DNA from: Longimicrobiales bacterium
GTDB taxonomy: Bacteria; Gemmatimonadota; Gemmatimonadetes; Longimicrobiales; Gaopeijiaceae
Direction of reading: 5' to 3'
Assembly: GCA_965218295.1 (NCBI GenBank)
Contig: CBDCKN010000013.1
Coordinates: forward strand, 192,001 to 256,000
Length of the DNA stretch: 64,000 nt
The position numbers and the translations under genes are program-made. This document shows, piece by piece, positions 31,870-42,518 of this stretch. The notes below the pieces were generated by a model. That model did not search any database, had not been told where the DNA came from, and worked only from the letters and a program-made list of their open reading frames with translations. Numbering within the stretch: the stretch's first letter is position 1; the number at the start of each line of letters is the position of its first letter.

Positions 31870-33438
31870 ATGGAGTTGTTAACGAGTCCGGTCGTCTGGA
31901 TCGTCGCCATCGTCTTGGCAGTGTTAAGGGGTTGGCTCAAGGGGTTCTTTACGCAATTCCTGCCGTCGCCTCAACGGACGCAGTTGGCCATCGCCAATGC
32001 TTTCAAGAGCAGACCGCCGCTTCCTGAACAGAGATTTCGCTTGGTGTTGTGCTGGTTGCAACACGATGCTGCCGGACGTGACACGAGCACGGTCGAAGAG
32101 GCCTTCACTGGCGTTGAGGGCATCGAATTGGTCCGCTCTGCCCGTGTCGTGTCAGCACTTGGTGCTGCGTACGATTGGCGGCCAGCCATGCGGAAGGGCA
32201 CCCTCACAGTGTTGAAAACGTGGAATGCCGACTTGGCAGTCGTCGGTTCGGTCAAAGATCCCGGAAAAGCACTAAATTTGTGGTTCGTGCCGCGCGAGGG
32301 GGACGGCACACTTCATCGAGCGGACCTGCCTTACGAGTTGGTTAACGTGAGGCTGCAGGATGACTTCCACGAGGATCTCCGTGCTCAGCTCACCGCCGAG
32401 GCGCTGAGAGTTGCAGCGCCGATCACGGGAACGGAAGCACGCGGCCGGGTGCTGGAGAAGGGCCTGAACGGCGTCATCAAGAAGATCGCCGCCCTGCTCG
32501 AAGGCGGTACGGTCGAATCGGAGCGTCGCGCCTCCCTGCATATGGCGTTTGGCGTCGCCCTGGCGACCCTGGGTGAGCGGGAGCCCGGGACAGAGCGCCT
32601 TGAGCAGGCCGTGGATGCCTTCACCGAGGCGCTCAAGGAGCAGACGCGCGATCGGGTGCCCCTCGACTGGGCTACGACGCAAAACAACCTCGGCGTCGCC
32701 CTTGAGACCCTAGGCGAGCGGGAAAGCGGGACAGAGCGCCTTGAGCAGGCCGTGGATGCCTATGCTGAGGCGCTCAACGAGCGGACGCGCGATCGAGTAC
32801 CCCTCGACTGGGCTATGACGCAGAACAACCTCGGCGCCGCCCTTACGGCCTTGGGCGAGCGAGAAAGCGGGACAGAGCGCCTTGAGCAGGCCGTGGATGC
32901 CCACACCGAGGCGCTCGAGGAATGGACGCGCGATCGAGTGCCCCTCAACTGGGCTATGACGCAAAACAACCTCGGCGTCGCCCTTTCGGCCATGGGCGAG
33001 CGGGAAAGCGGGACAGAGCGCCTTGAGCAGGCCGTGGATGCCTATGCTGAGGCGCTCAAGGAGCAGACGCGCGATCGAGTGCCTCTCAACTGGGCCGCGA
33101 CGCAAAACAACCTCGGCGGCGCCCTTACGGCCCTGGGCGAGCGGGAAAGCGGGACAGAGCGCCTTGAGCAGGCCGTGGATGCCTATGCTGAGGCGCTCAA
33201 GGAATGGACGCGCGATCGAGTGCCCCTCAACTGGGCTATGACGCAGAACAACCTCGGCGTCGCCCTTACGGCCTTGGGCGAGCGAGAGAGCGGGACAGAG
33301 CGCCTTGAGCAGGCTGTGGATGCCTTCACCGAGGCGCTCAAGGAGCGGACGCGCGATCGAGTACCCCTCGACTGGGCTATGACGCAGAACAACCTCGGCG
33401 CCGCCATTCGGATCTTGCGTGAGCGGGGCAGGCGGTAG
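31870..33438 (+). CDS. Membrane-anchored TPR protein with six 47-aa near-identical repeats
   Basis: N-terminal hydrophobic helix; repeats LGERESGTERLEQAVDAxxEALxExTRDRVPLxWAxTQNNLGxAL. Confidence 0.9.
   Translation: MELLTSPVVWIVAIVLAVLRGWLKGFFTQFLPSPQRTQLAIANAFKSRPPLPEQRFRLVLCWLQHDAAGRDTSTVEEAFTGVEGIELVRSARVVSALGAAYDWRPAMRKGTLTVLKTWNADLAVVGSVKDPGKALNLWFVPREGDGTLHRADLPYELVNVRLQDDFHEDLRAQLTAEALRVAAPITGTEARGRVLEKGLNGVIKKIAALLEGGTVESERRASLHMAFGVALATLGEREPGTERLEQAVDAFTEALKEQTRDRVPLDWATTQNNLGVALETLGERESGTERLEQAVDAYAEALNERTRDRVPLDWAMTQNNLGAALTALGERESGTERLEQAVDAHTEALEEWTRDRVPLNWAMTQNNLGVALSAMGERESGTERLEQAVDAYAEALKEQTRDRVPLNWAATQNNLGGALTALGERESGTERLEQAVDAYAEALKEWTRDRVPLNWAMTQNNLGVALTALGERESGTERLEQAVDAFTEALKERTRDRVPLDWAMTQNNLGAAIRILRERGRR
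32560..33405 (+). repeat. Six tandem 141-bp coding repeats
   Basis: gagcgccttgagcagg recurs at 32593, 32734 and every 141 bp after. Confidence 0.95.
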
Positions 33439-33884
33439 TCGGCCCGCGGCAACCGAGGCGGCTCGACTAGCCCGGATCCGTCACCAGGGGTGCTGAGAGT
33501 GCGGGATCTCGCCTTGCGGAAGAGCGGTGGGGCGAGGTCAGGGTGCGGTGCGTCCTCGGGGAAGGTGGGAAGCAGCGATTTGGATGCTGTGCGGGGCGAT
33601 GTATCCGTGAGGCGTGCGTGAACCGGGAATGCAGCGGACGCCGAGCACCGCCCCGGAGTGAACCCATCCGAGGCGCAGGGGGGGCGAGGCTCAGAGGCGT
33701 TACGCGGGTGCTGGGTGTAGCTGCTCGGCGGCGGTGGCGAGGTTGCGAGCGACCCGTTTGAAGAGTGCCGGCTTCCTGCCCGAGGGTGATCCGGTCGCCT
33801 GCGCCGAGTTCGGTGCCTGCTCGCTGCGCCGAGGAGGGTGTTCCATTCATTTCCATTCTCTCTCTTGGTCCCATCCTTCATCTC

Positions 33885-34113
33885 TCTGCCTCCGAAATCA
33901 CCTTCTGGTGTCCCGCTCATCACGGCCAAGGTTGTGAAGAGAGGACGGATCAGTAGGCCTACAGAATTCATTGCAATTGAGAACTATGGCTCTTGGATGC
34001 AACGTGGCATTCCCCGACCGGGTGATGTCTTAATTACGACTGAAGCACCATTGGGAGAAGTTGCACAGCTCTACCACCAGCGCGTTGCTCCGGCACAACG
34101 ACTTATCCTATTG
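33885..34113 (+). pseudogene. hsdS: Type I restriction-modification specificity subunit fragment
   Basis: GVPLITAKVVK..PRPGDVLITTEAPLGEVAQ..AQRLILL; ends at the IS256 IR. Confidence 0.8.
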
Positions 34114-34274
34114 GAGTTAGGATCAAAGGCATCATAGGGGCATGGCGACCGCTACCGGTACCGATCAGCAGCTAAGCAGCCCGAAGACGAAGAGGCGTTC
34201 TCCTCCGGGAACGGGTGCGCGTTCATCATTGTTCGCGCAAGGAAGCAACCCACCTATCCAAGAGGAGGATGCCG

Positions 34275-35330
34275 ATGGAGAGATATATCGGACTCGACGC
34301 ACACGCGTCGAGCTGCACGCTGGGGATCGTAGGACCCAGCGGAAAACGTTTGGGCTCGCAGGTGGTGGAAACGAACGCGCGGGCGCTGATCGAGGTGCTG
34401 CGAGGGATTCCGAGGAACCAGCACTTGTGCCTGGAAGAAGGGACGCTGTCGGGGTGGCTGTACGAGGTGCTGGAGCCGCACGTGGAGGAGCTAACGGTGG
34501 CGGGGGTCGGCAAGAGCCGGGGCCCGAAGACCGACAAGCTGGACGCGTTTGCCCTGGCGGAGAAGCTTCGGATCAGATCACTGGAGACGAGGGTCTACAA
34601 GAACCGGGGCCAGTTCAGGCGGCTGGGGGAACGGGCGAAGAGCTACGACTTCCTGGTCGGCGACACGGTGCGGGTGAAGAACCGGCTCAAGAGCGTGCTG
34701 CGCTCGAGAGGAGTGGCCTACGGCGCGGGGCGCTCGGTCTACTTGAAGCGCGACCGGGAGGAGTGGTTGGCCAAGCTGCCGGAAGCGAGCAGGGCGACGG
34801 CCGGGTTGCTGTACGAGGAGCACGACGCACTCGTGGCATTGAGGGCGAAGGCCGAGAAGGCGTTGCTGGCGGAAGCACGCAAGCATCGAGAGTGGCATGT
34901 GCTGAAGACGTGCCCGGGTCTGGGTCCGATCCGGACGGCGGAGCTCCTGCCGGTGGTGGTGACGCCGTACCGGTTCCAGAGCCGGAGCAGATTCTGGGCG
35001 TACTGCGGACTGGGCGTGGTGATGCGGAGCTCGTCGGACTGGGTGCGGGGTCCGGGTGGGCGGTGGGTAAGGGAAGCGGTACAGCAGACGCGGGGGCTGA
35101 ATCGGAACTTCAACCACACGCTGAAGCGTGTGTTCAAGGGCGCGGCGACGACGGTGATCGGTCGGGCCGAAAACGAACCCTTGTACCGCCACTACGAGCG
35201 ACTCCTGGAGGGGGGCACGAAGCCGAATCTGGCGAAGCTGACGATCGCGCGTCAGCTCGCCTTGATCGTGCTAGCGGTGTGGCGCACGGGCGAAGCGTAC
35301 GACCCCAAGAGACTGGAAGCGACGGAGTAA
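34275..35330 (+). CDS. IS110 family DEDD recombinase
   Basis: YIGLDAH, CLEEG, KTDKLDA, CPGLG, AYCGLGVVMRSSS; GAGGAGG RBS. Confidence 0.92.
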   Translation: MERYIGLDAHASSCTLGIVGPSGKRLGSQVVETNARALIEVLRGIPRNQHLCLEEGTLSGWLYEVLEPHVEELTVAGVGKSRGPKTDKLDAFALAEKLRIRSLETRVYKNRGQFRRLGERAKSYDFLVGDTVRVKNRLKSVLRSRGVAYGAGRSVYLKRDREEWLAKLPEASRATAGLLYEEHDALVALRAKAEKALLAEARKHREWHVLKTCPGLGPIRTAELLPVVVTPYRFQSRSRFWAYCGLGVVMRSSSDWVRGPGGRWVREAVQQTRGLNRNFNHTLKRVFKGAATTVIGRAENEPLYRHYERLLEGGTKPNLAKLTIARQLALIVLAVWRTGEAYDPKRLEATE

Positions 35331-35404
35331 ACCGGGCCGGGATCGGCGAGCGTGGGGTCGAAAGCGGTCACAACATGGGGTCCGACGAAACGGAAGCGAA
35401 CCGG

Positions 35405-35550
35405 TTACAGGGGACAGCATCCATACACACCGTGGGCCGGGGCAGAGAGCCCAAGCCCCCACTCAAAGGCTATGCACCCCTGGAGAGCCGAACGAAGCGA
35501 TGGGCCACAGAGTCCCAGATAGAAGGATGGTTCCCGCTCCAGAGCGGAGA
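35405..35550 (+). ncRNA. Putative seek/bridge RNA
   Basis: TACACACC (35424-35431) and TCAAAGG (35463-35469) match the target; ATAGAAGG (35519-35526) matches the donor junction; internal stems present. Boundaries approximate. Confidence 0.78.
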
Positions 35551-35846
35551 ACGCGACGGCTGTGAACGTCTTCCGGACTGCGATGCGGACCCTGCGAGCG
35601 CACCCCTCCCCACCCTGAGTCGTCGACCGGGCAATCCAAACCATGCGGACGCCGACGGTCAAAAAATGAGCCGACGGCGCGTGGGGAAGGTGCGTCTTGA
35701 CCGCCAGCCCCATAGAAGGGTGTGTAAAAAGAGCGGCGACGTACCTTTGCGCTGAGATTTAAACCAGCGAGCCCGGGTGACAGCCCAATCGGTATCCTCG
35801 GCCGCCCAATCCCGGAACGACGACCGGAAGCCGTGCGGCACGGCCG

Positions 35847-37047
35847 ATGTGGGAGACGCTCGAGGGGATGGTTAGGGAGAAGGCGCAGGAGTGCATCCAA
35901 CAGATCATGGAGGAGGAAGTCACGGAGTTATTAGGCCGGGAGAAGTCAGAGCGCAGGAGTACGGTGGACTCGGTCGAGGGCTACGGCAACGGATATGGCA
36001 AGCCGAGGCGGTTGGCGATGAGCTCGGGCACGATCACACTCCGACGCCCTCGGGTTCGGGGCGTCGAGGAGCGGTTCGAGAGTCGGGTGCTGCCGTTGTT
36101 CGCGAGGCGGACGCAGGAGCTGGGCGCTCTGCTTCCGGAGCTGTATCTGCATGGGCTGGCAGAGGGAGACTTCGAGCTGGCGATGCGGGGACTGCTAGGC
36201 GAGGGGGCACCGCTGTCGAAGTCTTCGATTCGGAGACTGCGGGCGGGATGGACGGCGGAGTTCGAGGAATGGAGCCAGCGTCGCCTGGAGGGCCGTGAGG
36301 TCGTCTACGTATGGGCGGACGGGATCTACGTGAAGGCAGGGCTCGAGCGGGACAAGGCGCTGCTGCTGGTGGTGCTGGGCGCGATGCGAGACGGGACGAA
36401 GGAGGTGTTGGCCCTGAGATCGGGCTACCGAGAGTCGGTCGAGTCCTGGTCCGAGGTGTTGCGGGATGTGAAGGCACGCGGCATCGAGGCGCTCCGGCTT
36501 CTGATGGCGGACGGTAACGCGGCGATCTGGGGCGCAGTACGGCAGATATGGCCTGAGGCGGGCGAGCAACGGTGCTGGAACCACAAGATGAGGAACGTGC
36601 TGGACCGGCTGCCTCAGCGGGAGCAGAGCGAGGCGAAGGATCTTCTCAGGGACCGTGGTCTACGCACCGAGCCGGGCCGAGGCTGTGAAGGCCCGCGAAG
36701 TGTTCGCCAGGCGCTACAGGCCGTGGTATCCGAAGGCGGTGGACGTACTCGAGGACGACTGGGAGCGGATGGTGGCGTTCTACGACTTCCCCGAGGATCA
36801 CTGGAAGCATCTACGCACGACGAACGTGGTCGAGAGCCCGTTCGCTGCGCTACGGCTCAGGACGACGGCGGCGAAGCGATTCAAGCGGGTCGAGAGCGCT
36901 ACGGCGCTGATCCGGAAGTTGCTCTTGGTGGCCGAGAAGCGGTTCCGAAGGCTCGACGCTCCTCACCTCCTCAAGGACGTGTTTGAAGGAAGGAAGTTCG
37001 AAGACGGAAAGCCCGTCTCAACCCAACAGCGGAAAAACGCCGCCTGA
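35847..37047 (+). pseudogene. IS256 transposase, 5'-damaged, +1 frameshift near 36652
   Basis: ORFs 35847-36986 and 36655-37047 together match 52638-53882. Confidence 0.9.
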
Positions 37048-37076
37048 TACGTTTACACACCTATTGACCCAACCTC

Positions 37077-37225
37077 CGGGCCAGACCGACCTCTGCCTCC
37101 CGCAGTGCAGTGATGATCTGCTCCGGAGTGTGTCGCTTCCTTCCCATCCTGACCTCCTCGCTGAAAAGCTTCAGACCAGGTCGATCCTAACATTGCACCT
37201 GGTCTCGTTTCAGGGGGGCAGGTCA
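37077..37225 (-). mobile_element. IS3 (IS407-like) left-end remnant
   Basis: Matches 15116-15264; truncated at the IS256 IR. Confidence 0.88.
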
Positions 37226-37357
37226 GTTCCGTAGCCCAGTATGGCACTAGCCCTCCTAATCTTGACACAGGTGAGCCATCCGGGCACCCTTTGCCGTGAG
37301 GCTGGGGGCTAACTGCCGCCTGGGCCGAGTTGCCTAGTACTGTCAAGGAGGCGAGCC

Positions 37358-38185
37358 ATGGCGCCCACATACCTCGACGCACGACCGATGCTCCTGCTCT
37401 GCGGAATGTCTCTTGTCCTCGCAGTAGGGGTCGGCACGCCGGCTCCGGTCCGTGCCCAGAATCAGACACCTGAGGAAATCGGGCTGCAGATCGCGCAGGG
37501 CGCGCGCGTGCGCGAGGAAGGATTCGGCAACTTTGCGGCGCAGCAGGTGATGGTGTTGCGGAACAGGCAGGGGCAGGAGAGCCGGCGTCGGCTCCAGGTG
37601 CAGGTTCTTGAAGTGCCGGACGGGGGCAATAGGAGCCTCTTCGTATTCGATGAACCGCGGGACGTACAGGGAACGGCGTTTCTGGTGCATGCCCAGCGTG
37701 AAGGCGCGGACGATCAGTGGCTCTACCTTCCCGCATTGAGGCGCGTCAAACGTATCAGCTCGGCGAACCAATCCGGCTCCTTCATGGGCAGCGAGTTTGC
37801 CTACGAAGACCTGACCCCGCAGGAAGTGGAGAGGTTCACGTACCGCCATCTGCGCGACGAGCCCTGCGGCGACCTGACCTGCACGGTCACGGAGCGCACA
37901 CCTATGGACACCGGGTCAAGCTACCGACGCCAGGTGGTTTGGCGCGACACGGACGAGCTTCGCGTCTGGAAGATCGAATACTACGACCGCAAGGATGACC
38001 ACCTGAAGACGCTCACCATGCGTGACTACACGCAGTACCTGGGTCGCTACTGGCGGGCCAGCGAAATGGAAATGGTGAATCACCTGACCGGCAAGAGCAC
38101 ACTATTGACCTGGACAGATTATGAGTTCCAGGCGGATCTCGACGACAGCGATTTCACACAGACGGGACTGAGACGAGCGAGGTGA
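37358..38185 (+). CDS. LolA-like outer membrane lipoprotein-sorting family protein
   Basis: FDEPRDVQGTAFL, DDQWLYLPALRRVKRISS, GSFMGSEFAYED, EYYDRK. Confidence 0.9.
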   Translation: MAPTYLDARPMLLLCGMSLVLAVGVGTPAPVRAQNQTPEEIGLQIAQGARVREEGFGNFAAQQVMVLRNRQGQESRRRLQVQVLEVPDGGNRSLFVFDEPRDVQGTAFLVHAQREGADDQWLYLPALRRVKRISSANQSGSFMGSEFAYEDLTPQEVERFTYRHLRDEPCGDLTCTVTERTPMDTGSSYRRQVVWRDTDELRVWKIEYYDRKDDHLKTLTMRDYTQYLGRYWRASEMEMVNHLTGKSTLLTWTDYEFQADLDDSDFTQTGLRRAR

Positions 38186-39495
38186 CGCACGTCCAAGAGG
38201 CTCTCTCCGGGAGTCTCCCGGCCAGCGCCGCCTGGGCTCTGGCTTCCTTGTTCGCCGTGTTTGTCGTCCACGCCCATGCCGCCGCCGGCCTGCAGGCCCA
38301 AGAAGCCGATGCGCCGCCGATCGAGTACGAGATCTCGGGGCGCGTGAGCGCTGAAGGCCGTTGGTTCCCCCAGGAGGGGGCCTTCGATGGCCAGAAGTCA
38401 CTCGCCGCGGGCTTTGTCACGGCGCTGAGGCTCGATTTAGAGAACGTCGTTGGCCAGAGTGTCGCGGTCGCCCCTTTCTTCCGCTACGACCACTCCGATC
38501 CACACCGAACGCACTTCGATCTGCACGAAGCGTATCTGCTGATGTTCGGCGACGTCGGTGCAAGCGGCTGGGAGCTGCGCATCGGTGCCGACCAGGTGTT
38601 CTGGGGCGTCACCGAATCGCAGCGTCTGGTCGACATCGTCAACCAAATCGACTTCGTCGAGCATCCGACCGGAGAAGCCAAGCTGGGGCAACCGATGGTG
38701 CACGCCACGTGGTTCGGCGACTGGGGCGCGTTCGAAGTATTCGGGATGCCATATCACCGCGCGCGGACGTTTCAAGGGCGTGAGGGCCGGCTGCGACTGC
38801 AGTTTGTCGTGGATGAGGAACGTATCGAGTACGAGAGAGGGGCCGGGCCGTGGCACCTGGATCTGGCCGCTCGCTACAGCCATAGCCTTGGGTTGCTCGA
38901 TCTGGGTCTGAGCGTATTTGACGGCCTGAGTCGGGAGCCCTTTCTGGTGCCGGTGGGCAATCCGGACGGAGTACTAGCCCTGCTCCAGCACTACGAGCAG
39001 ATCCGTCAGTTCGGGCTCGACGCCCAGGTGACGTTTGGCTCCTGGCTGCTGAAGCTGGAGGCAATTCAGCGTGCCGGTGCTCGAAATCTCTCCGGTGTAC
39101 AGGAAGACTATTTCGCTGCCGTCGTGGGTGGCGAGTACGCGTTCTATTCGGTCGCCGGCTCCGCAGCCGATCTGAGCCTGCTCGGCGAATGGAACTACGA
39201 CGGGCGGGGCCGTAGCGCGACGCCGAGCCGTTCGCCCGACACGCTAGAAAACGATCTCTTCTTTGCCGCGCGCCTCGCACTCAACGATGTCCACAGCACC
39301 GCGATTACTGCCGGCTTTTTCACAGACGTGAGCCGGGCCACCCGTACGCTAGCGCTCGAATTTGATCGGCGTCTTCTCGGCGAGTGGTCCCTGCGTGCGG
39401 AGGTCGTCACACTCCTTAGCGTCGACCCGGCGGATCTCCACTACCTGATGCGAAACGACAGTTTCCTCGACCTTAGCCTTACCTACAACTTCTAG
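38182..39495 (+). CDS. Outer-membrane beta-barrel protein usually linked to MMPL/LolA-like genes
   Basis: DLHEAY, VFWGVTESQRLVDIVNQID, KLGQPM, terminal LTYNF; GTGA overlap with the upstream gene. Confidence 0.82.
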   Translation: MTHVQEALSGSLPASAAWALASLFAVFVVHAHAAAGLQAQEADAPPIEYEISGRVSAEGRWFPQEGAFDGQKSLAAGFVTALRLDLENVVGQSVAVAPFFRYDHSDPHRTHFDLHEAYLLMFGDVGASGWELRIGADQVFWGVTESQRLVDIVNQIDFVEHPTGEAKLGQPMVHATWFGDWGAFEVFGMPYHRARTFQGREGRLRLQFVVDEERIEYERGAGPWHLDLAARYSHSLGLLDLGLSVFDGLSREPFLVPVGNPDGVLALLQHYEQIRQFGLDAQVTFGSWLLKLEAIQRAGARNLSGVQEDYFAAVVGGEYAFYSVAGSAADLSLLGEWNYDGRGRSATPSRSPDTLENDLFFAARLALNDVHSTAITAGFFTDVSRATRTLALEFDRRLLGEWSLRAEVVTLLSVDPADLHYLMRNDSFLDLSLTYNF

Positions 39496-39586
39496 AGAAG
39501 CCGGGGTGAAGGTCAAACAGGACGCCCGGGACGCTGCAATCGCGGCTGAAGCCTCGTAGGTCCCCGACGCTGGCAGGGTTCCTAGA

Positions 39587-39622
39587 CGACGGGAGCCATG
39601 AAGTCCTTCATGGCTCCCGTCG
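39587..39622. repeat. Perfect 17-bp-arm palindrome overlapping the MMPL stop codon
   Basis: cgacgggagccatgaag-tc-cttcatggctcccgtcg. Confidence 0.9.
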
Positions 39623-41927
39623 ATCGAAGGTGAGCAAGAGCGTAGGCAGCAGCAAGAAGTCGGTGGCTAGCGCCAGGATGATCGTCATTGCCACCAGAGT
39701 TCCGAGCGCCCAGCTCACCTCGAACCCAGACGAGGCGAACACCAAAAAACCGGCCGAAATGACGGCGGTCGTCGTAAACAATGCATGCCCCACAGTTCGG
39801 AAGGCGAAGCGCACGGCCTCCGGCGGGGGAAGCCCTTCGCGCCGCCCCTCGATGTACTTGCTCAAGAAATGGACGGTGTCGTCCACGACGATGCCGAAGA
39901 CGACGGCGATGACCACCGAGGACGCAATACCCACATGGCCCACAAGATAACCCCATAGCCCGAAACTCATGATGGCCGGTATGAAATTCGGAAGGAGGCT
40001 GATCAGGCCAGTCCAAACGCTTCTGAATATGAAGATCAGGATGAACGAAATGAGCGCCATCGCGGCAATCGTGCCGCTGAGCATGCTGTTGATATTGCGC
40101 TGTGACAAGTGAGCGAACATAACGCTGATGCCCGAGGCCTCATTCGCTAATTCCGGCGTGTTGGCTTGCAGCCAGTCCTGGGCGCGCGCGTCGAGCTCCC
40201 GTACCTCCCGAGACCATGCGTTGCCCATGGCGACGACCATACGCGTGGCCGACTTGCCGACATCGATGCGATCATTGAGATCACTTCCGAATGGCAGTGA
40301 CAGCTCATAGAGCAGCAGGTACTGCGCCGCCAGATCTGCGCTCTCGGGCAGGCGGTAGAATGCCGGATCGTCACCGTTCATGTTCCTGTTGAGGCGCTTC
40401 ATGATGTCCGTGAACGACTGGACAAACGACACCTCAGGCTGTTCTCGGTACCATTCCGCGAATGCATCGACCTGCCGAAGATACTCGGGATCCGTAATAC
40501 CGCCTTCCTCTCCCGCGTCCAGCGAATATTCCAGCCTGTCGAGTCCTGTCAGATTCGCGGCGATGAAATCCGAATCGCGCCGAAACTGATACCGGTCGTC
40601 GAAGTACTGCGTCATGTTGTCGTTAAGTTCGATGCGCGCGACGCCGGTCGCCAGAACGACCACTGCCAGTGTTGTGGACCCAAGCAGAAGCGTGCGCCGG
40701 GCCACGACGATATCGGCTAAACGATCGAAGAAGCGTTCGAAGAGCACCGGCTCGCCGGCCGGAACGTGCGCGGAGCGCAGCGGCAGGCAAGCGAGCAACG
40801 CGGGCAGAAACGTCATCGTGTATGCAAGGGCGCAGAGCACCCCAAACGCCACGTAATTTCCTAGGACATGGAATGGCGGTGAGTCGGAGGCATTGAGGCT
40901 GAGGAATCCAATCGCGGTCGTAACGGAGGTAATGAAGATCGGGTAGGTATTGATCTTGAACGACTCGATAATCGCAGTGAATTTGTCCAGTCCGCGCCGT
41001 ATCCCCAGTAAGACAGTCGAGATGACGTGGATCGAATCCGCAACCGCTATAACCATGACGATGATTGGCACGCCGACGTTGGTAGGGCTGAACACCACGC
41101 CCCGCCATCCGGCAAACCCCATGGTCGTGCTGACAACGAATAGGAGTATGGCGACGACCGCCAACGTGGCGAACGCCGAGCGCAGCAGGAGAACCGTGGC
41201 GACGACGATGACGAGGAACACGATCGGCGTCAACGTCCGAATGTCGTCGCGCGTAGCGTCCGAAAACGTTCGGTTCATCACGACGTCGCCGGTCGTGAAG
41301 TAGTCGATTTCGGGGTGGCTTGCGCGGGCTTCGTCCACGACCGCATTCAGATAGTCGGTGATTTCGGTCACCGCCTGATCGGGATTCTCGGGGAGGACGA
41401 AGTTGATCGCGACGCCTGCCACGCGCCCGTCGTAGGAGATCAGACGGCCGGCAATATCTATGGCGTTCCGCGCAATCGTCTCAATCCGAGCGAGGTCGGC
41501 ATCACTCAGGCCGTCGGCATCTTCGACGAGCGGGGCGACGATAAGGTCGTCCTCACCGAAAGCCTCGCTGTGGCTGTAGTTGGTGAGCGAGTTGACACGG
41601 CTGGAGTACGGCGCCTGCCAAGCTGCGTCGGTTAGCTCCACGATCGCGCCGAGCGCCTCGCGCGTGAACACGGTGCCATCCCTTGGTGCCACGGCGATCA
41701 GGGCGCGGTTGGAGACGGCGTAGGTGTTCTCTAGGGCGTCGAAAGCGAGAAGTTGCGGATTGTCCTCACTAAACAGAATCCGATAGTCATTCGTGATGGT
41801 AATGGAGGCAACACCGGCAGTCGCCGCCAACATGAGAGCCGTAGTAAGCGCCACAACCGGCCAGCGGTAGCAGAGCACGGCGGCGACATAGCGGTCCAGC
41901 CGCGAAGAGTTCATCGCCTCGGACATA
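39608..41927 (-). CDS. MMPL/RND family transporter
   Basis: Two TM plus periplasmic halves; IAVADSIH, GIVVDDTVHF; start uncertain (41992, 41927 or 41915). Confidence 0.92.
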
Positions 41928-41966
41928 TTGGCATGGCCCAAGCATGAGTCGCGCGGAAGCCGATTG

Positions 41967-42400
41967 TCAAGGGCGACTCCTGACGATTCCACACATGGGT
42001 TGTTTCGCGCCTTTCTTTCGGATACTTCGCACAGCAGATTTGATCTCGGGCATGCACTTCTGCACGAGCTCTTTCGCCCCGCGGTATTTCGGGTCCTTAT
42101 GTCGCATTCCTTCTGGGTGTCCGTTGATATGCCCCTGAACCAGGCTGCGGATGTTCTGGTAGTCGGGATGGAGCTGTGGACTATCCTGATACCATGTCGC
42201 TAGTCCCTCCTCAAGATATGTGGCGTACTTCTCCATGATAGGATCTAGCAGATGGACGCACTCATGCGCGAGGTCCCATCCTGCTCGGCTATGATCAGAC
42301 CACTTGCTAACCCACACATCTACCTTACAGCCGTCCCTATCAAAACCGTCAGGGAAATGGATGCGTGGATTCCTGGCCCGTTCAGGCCGGCTCATGCGGA
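41967..42400 (-). pseudogene. HExxH zinc metallopeptidase (ImmA/IrrE-like) fragment
   Basis: LAHECVHLL..ATYLEEGLAT; lower GC than neighbours. Confidence 0.6.
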
Positions 42401-42404
42401 TCTG

Positions 42405-42518
42405 CGCCTGACCCACCGCGGCCCTTTGGCCGAGGTGAAGCAGGGCCGCCGGGCAGATCGGCGTGGCCTCCGGCGTGGCCTCGGCGTGCTCCATGATGCG
42501 CTCGGGCAGGCTCTTCAT
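42405..42518 (-). pseudogene. Type IV TA AbiEi/DUF6088 antitoxin N-terminal remnant
   Basis: MKSLPERIMEHAEATPEATPICPAALLHLGQRAAVGQA. Confidence 0.65.

Larger units (their letters stand above)
34130..35719 (+). mobile_element. IS110 family element (IS1111-like layout) inserted in the IS256 left IR
   Basis: AAGG at 34126-34129 and 35716-35719; sub-terminal IR GGGGC(A)TGGCG / CGCCAGCCCC; long 3' non-coding end. Confidence 0.88.
34114..37076 (+). mobile_element. IS256 family element, damaged: left IR split by IS110, integrase scrap at 35790-35846, transposase frameshifted
   Basis: IRL GAGTTAGGATCAAAGG|GTGTGTAAAAAGAG; IRR TTTACACACCTATTGACCCAACCTC; homologous to 52609-53986. Confidence 0.88.

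Noticed and set aside
32560..33405. Regular repeats as a possible CRISPR array
   Set aside because: Units are contiguous 141-bp in-frame coding repeats without unique spacers; no cas genes are present
34142..35755. 537-aa ORF spanning the third IS110
   Set aside because: Alternative frame of the transposase in GC-rich DNA; low-complexity Gly/Ala/Arg content with no motifs
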